64,000 bases of DNA from Cycas panzhihuaensis (Eukaryota > Plantae > Cycadophyta). The translations under genes and the position numbers were made by a program. The notes beneath the pieces are model-generated. The model saw only the letters and a list, made by a program, of their open reading frames with translations, did not search any database and was not told the origin of the DNA. Position 1 is the stretch's first letter; the number at the start of each line of letters is the position of its first letter. Shown one piece after another: positions 59,511 to 64,000 of this stretch. Location: the NCBI GenBank assembly GCA_023213395.1, contig CM041465.1, positions 162,943,741 to 163,007,740 of the forward strand, given 5' to 3'.

Positions 59511-62195
59511 TGTTAAGAGGTAATGTTTTATCAAGATGTCCTTAGTCATGTAATTAATACACATAATCATGACATGTGTCATAATATCTGAGGTTGGTCA
59601 TATACAAAATTATAACAGTTACCAACCGCATCATGTACTTAAGGAATTCATCCTCTCAATAAAATTATTGAGTTTTCTCATCATTTCAATGAAGTTGTTG
59701 AGTTTTCTCATCAACCTTCTGTCTCCTAAATTCAAGTTAACATGGTATCAGAGCAGGCTCAGCCCTAACTACTCGTCTGGAAGAAGAAGTGCCAATTCCT
59801 GAAGACTAGTCAATGATTCAAAAGGGAGACAAGTCAGGAAGGCTCTCCAGCACTGAAGAAGGTCATTACATCACTGTGTACGGAAATGTATGGAGCCATA
59901 CGAACATCACTTTTTCAAAGTTGTCGGATCAAGACAAAACTTGGTGGGCAGATAGATCGGAGGACGTTCATCGTCTTTTTCTTCTACGTCGAAGGCATAT
60001 GAGGTCATTTCGGGGGTCAAACTGACCACGCACTAGTCCGCGCAGGATTGAAGGGAAAAGAGATCGAATCTCTTTGAAATCAAGTGCAAGCCAGGTAACA
60101 ACGATCCCAAACTCTTTGAATGACTGATATTATTTGATCTGAACCATTTTCGTGTGATTTCATTGAATATTTTGCTCAATATTTGCAAAATCGTCTCAAA
60201 ACCCTAGTCATCTGTGTTTGTTTTCGAGGTTGTTTTCTGTTGTTTGAAAAAGAATCTTGAAAAACTGACTTCATATCTAAATTGGCAACGAGGAAATCTC
60301 CTTTTTGAGGTATACTTTGTTTCGGTTCGTACACCTAGGGTTTGGTACGGAAATCCGTACAACTATATGGTCAATCCAATGCAGCTCTTTCTTCTCTCAT
60401 TAATAATGGTTGCTCCACTGTTTGGCCTTTCCGAACAAGACAAACTTACTAAAAAAAATTATCATATCTAGAAGATAAAGATTGAAACCCTGCTTAGGGC
60501 TCGCAATGCTTGGAATATCGCCCTTGGTGTTGAAACTAAGCCTAACAATGCTAGCGCTGCTTTGCCTAGATGGTTGGAGAGGGACAATGCAGGTGTCATC
60601 ATTCTTAAACTATCAGTATCCAACTCTCTGTAGGTTTATGTGGAAAAATTAATTTCCACATCAAGTATCTAGAAATGCTTTGAAAACCTGTTTAGTCAAA
60701 AAAATAAGGCCCAAATATTCCACTTGAAAGAAGAATTGTATAAGTTGCACATGAGAGAACATGAAACAGTGACTGAATTCATACACAAAGTCACTTCACT
60801 CAGAAATGGACTCCTGAGTGCAAGAAAAATTTTGTCCGAACTTGAACTTGTCCAGATGGTAGCAAGTAAATTGCCAAAAACTTTTGATGTAACAATCAAC
60901 ACCATTACAAACAATAATCAGATTGATACAATGACCCTTGACAAGTTGGCTAGAATTCTGCTTAAACAGGAATAAAGAAACAGGTGATACGAAGACTCAA
61001 CAAAACTTCAAGATGCATTTGCTTCCAGATTAAATCTGGGACCACAAGGACAAAGTCAGACACGTGGAAGGGGACGGACTCCAGATTCCAAGAGCTTTGC
61101 TCGTGGTCAATATTTGGACAACTGAGGGCGAGGGCAAAGTTGTGATTCCAAGATATGTTTTAACTGTAGTCGATCTGGACACTTCGCCAGTACTTGCAGA
61201 GCATTCGATGTGTATTATCATTGTGGGCAGACACGACATTATCCCTATCAATGTCCTCAAAGAAGAATTGACATTCAGAGAGGGAAAAGACCAGTGGGCA
61301 ACTATAGCAAAGAACAAACTGAAGAAGATGAAGAAGAGACGGCATTCGTAGTTGCCTTGTCAGCAAGATTAAAGGAAACCAACACCTGGTTTATCGACTC
61401 TAGAGCTTCACGACACATGACAAATCGTCAAGAGTGGTTTAAAAGCTTGAAGTCCTGTGACATTAACAAATCAGTGGAATTAGGTGATAAATATCTACTA
61501 GAAATCAAGGGAGAGGGTATTGTTTCTGTTTGTGTACAGGGTAGTATAAGGAAATTTGGAAATGTTATGTTAGTCCCTGACCTCAAAATGAATCGTTTGT
61601 TTATCTCACAACTTAGCAAAAAGGGGCTAAGAACTGTGTTTGATGAAGATGGCCTCTGTCTAATATTGGACATAAAAAATAATGGGAAAACAATTGCCAA
61701 AGGCGTTAGAAGTAATGATCTGTACAAATTGGTCTTAGATCCTGTAATACCCGGTCCAAATTCAAAAGCTTGTACTACTGTGAATCTTGATAATAAAATG
61801 TGGCATTTGAAGTGCGGGCATCTTCCAGTAAAAACTTTAAAGAAAATGAAAAAATATGACATGGTGCATGGATTGCCTAATATTTCTTCAGAAAATTTTG
61901 TATGCAAAGGATGTCAATTTGGAAAAAATCACATATTACCCTTCAAAGAAAGTAAGTGGAGATCACAAAATAAATTGGAACTGGTTCATACAAATCTCTA
62001 TGGACCACTTACACCACTTTCAATAAATGGTTGCAGGTATTTCCTAACTTTCATTGATGATTTCATCAGAAAAGTCTGGATATATTTTCTTCACAATAAA
62101 ACAGAGGTCTTTGAAATCTTTAAAGAATTCAAAGCAGAAGTTGAACTTGAATCAGACTCTAAAATAAAGTGCATAAGATCAGATGGAGGAGGAGA
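59511..62195 (+). mobile_element. Ty1/copia element 5' part (LTR, PBS, gag, PR, integrase start), truncated
   Basis: LTR 59511-59742 (TGTTAAG...TTAACA), PBS TGGTATCAGAGC at 59743-59754, gag from ~60406, protease WFIDSRASRHM, integrase LELVHTNLYGP...FIDDF...IRSDGGGE. Confidence 0.95.
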
Positions 62196-64000
62196 AAAAA
62201 TACTCTTTTGGCCAATAGGAACTCAAATACCTCTGTCATATAATTACTTCGGAGGGAATCAAGGTTGACCACAAGAAGGTCTGGGCGATAGTAGATTGAC
62301 CAGCACCAAAGAACGTCACGAGGGTTCACAGTTTTCTAGGAGCAGCAAGATACCTCAAGAAATTCATAAAAGGATACACCAACATAGCGGCCCCACTTAT
62401 GGACCTAACCAAGGAGGACGCTTTTGCATGGAATTCAACAGCCAACAAAGCCTTTGAAGAACTAAAGGACCCAATGGTAAGAGCTCCAGTCTTAACAATC
62501 CCAGATTTTTCGAAACCTTTCATCTTGGAATGCAATGCATCAAGATTTGGCATAGGAGTCGTCTTATTACAAGACGAAAGACCAATAGCATACGACAGTA
62601 GGAAACTGAACAGCAGAGAAAAGCTAAACCCATTTATGACAAGGAGATGCTAGCGATAATGCACGCGATCCACCAATGGAGACAATATTTGCTCAGGAGC
62701 CCATTTCAAGTACGAACAAATCACAACAGTCTCAAGTACTTCTTAAGTCAAAAGACACTATCAAACAAACAACAAAAATGGTTCAACAAACTATAATAAT
62801 TTGATTTCTCTATCGTATACAAAAAGGGCAAGGACAATGTCATAGCAAACGCCCTCTCAAGGATCCCAAAAGAATCTCACAAGCAGCTAGCATTACAAAC
62901 AATATCAGTGGCTACCCCGACATTGCACGAGACACTAAGGAAGGAATAAAACAATGATCCGAAATACAAGCAGTTGATAGATAAAACAAGTGAGGATAAA
63001 ACTGACTTATATGAGATACAGCAAGGTATAATACTTAGGAAAGGAAAGATCTGCATTCTAAGGAAATCAGCACTAAAAGACATAATATTACAGGAAGCTC
63101 ACTCCACACCTACAACAGGCCACACGGGGATCGACAAGACATACTGAAAGGTAAGAGCTTCTTTTTATTGGAAAGGATTAAAAGCAGGTGTTCAGAAATT
63201 TGTGGCAGAATGCGATACTTGCCAGAGGAACAAAATTGAATGCATAAAAATGCCAGGGTTACTCCAGTCGTTGCCAATACCGGAACAAAAATGGGATGAA
63301 ATATCTATGGACTTCATAACAGAATTACCCTATTCAGAAGGGAAGGATGCAATTCTGGTCATAGTAGATCGCCTTACTAAATATGGCAACTTGAGAGGGT
63401 TGAAATCAGCAGCTAAGGCCAGTGAAGTTGCAAAACTATACATGAAGGAGATCCATCGTCTACATGGGTTTTCAAAGGCAATCGTAAATGACCGTGACCC
63501 AAAGTTCACTAGTAAATTTTAGCAAGATCTCTTCAAAATCGCAAGTACAAAACTCAAGATGAGCACAGCGTACCACCCACAAACAGATGGGCAAATAGAA
63601 ATCATCAATAAATACTTAGAGCGATACTTGAGGAACTTTTGTTTAAACAAACAAAAACAATGGCACTAATGGTTGCACTCAGCAAAATGGTGGTACAACA
63701 CCACCTACCATTCCTCAACAAAGATGACGCCTTTCCAGGCTTTATACAGATACCGACCACCATCGTTATTAACCTGGAATAGACCATCACAGGTCTAGGC
63801 AGTTGAGGAACATCAGAAGCAAGTGGAGGAGACCATCTGCAGATTGAAAGATAATCTAGCAATGGCACAAAACAGGATGAAACAACAATCCAACCTAAAG
63901 CGCTCTCAAAGACAATTCAAAGTAGGGGACTGGGTTTTTTTGTGCCTTCAGTCGTACAAACAAACTTCCTTACAGAGAACAAGCAACCAAAAGCTTGTGC
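62196..64000 (+). mobile_element. Ty3/gypsy pol fragment (RT end, RNase H, integrase) running off the window
   Basis: KYSFGQ*ELKYLCHIITSEGIKVD, PVLTIPDFSKPFILECNASRFGIGVVL, WDEISMDFITELP, STAYHPQTDGQ. Confidence 0.95.

Overview
AT-rich land-plant nuclear DNA, probably from a large genome, made mostly of decayed and nested retroelements. One intact host gene is visible: eIF3 subunit K on the minus strand, with 8 clean coding exons at 55128-57273. Its first coding exon is not recognisable in the window, and a decayed SNF2-helicase-like spliced fragment lies directly upstream in matching phase. Retroelements with resolved LTR, PBS and PPT (TSDs where noted in the features): a degenerate copia-like element holding a 2.1-kb (TA)n-derived microsatellite (2817-9005); a gag-only TR-GAG-like element (13298-16442); a full-length copia (19228-26771); and a 19.4-kb nest (33270-52711). 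In that nest an old copia contains a non-autonomous LTR element (33902-37429) and a full-length L1 LINE (40315-50434), and the LINE in turn contains a gag-protease-only gypsy (41676-45614). A copia fused directly to gypsy pol runs from 59511 to the window end. There is also a 3 x 1.32-kb tandem array and a candidate small spliced gene with a 9-nt microexon. The most striking observations are host-gene cargo inside LTR elements: a circularly permuted sugar-transporter (STP) fragment bounded by a 5-bp repeat, which looks like one turn of an integrated circle, and an intron-less ascorbate peroxidase fragment. All calls come from manual reading; no searches were run.
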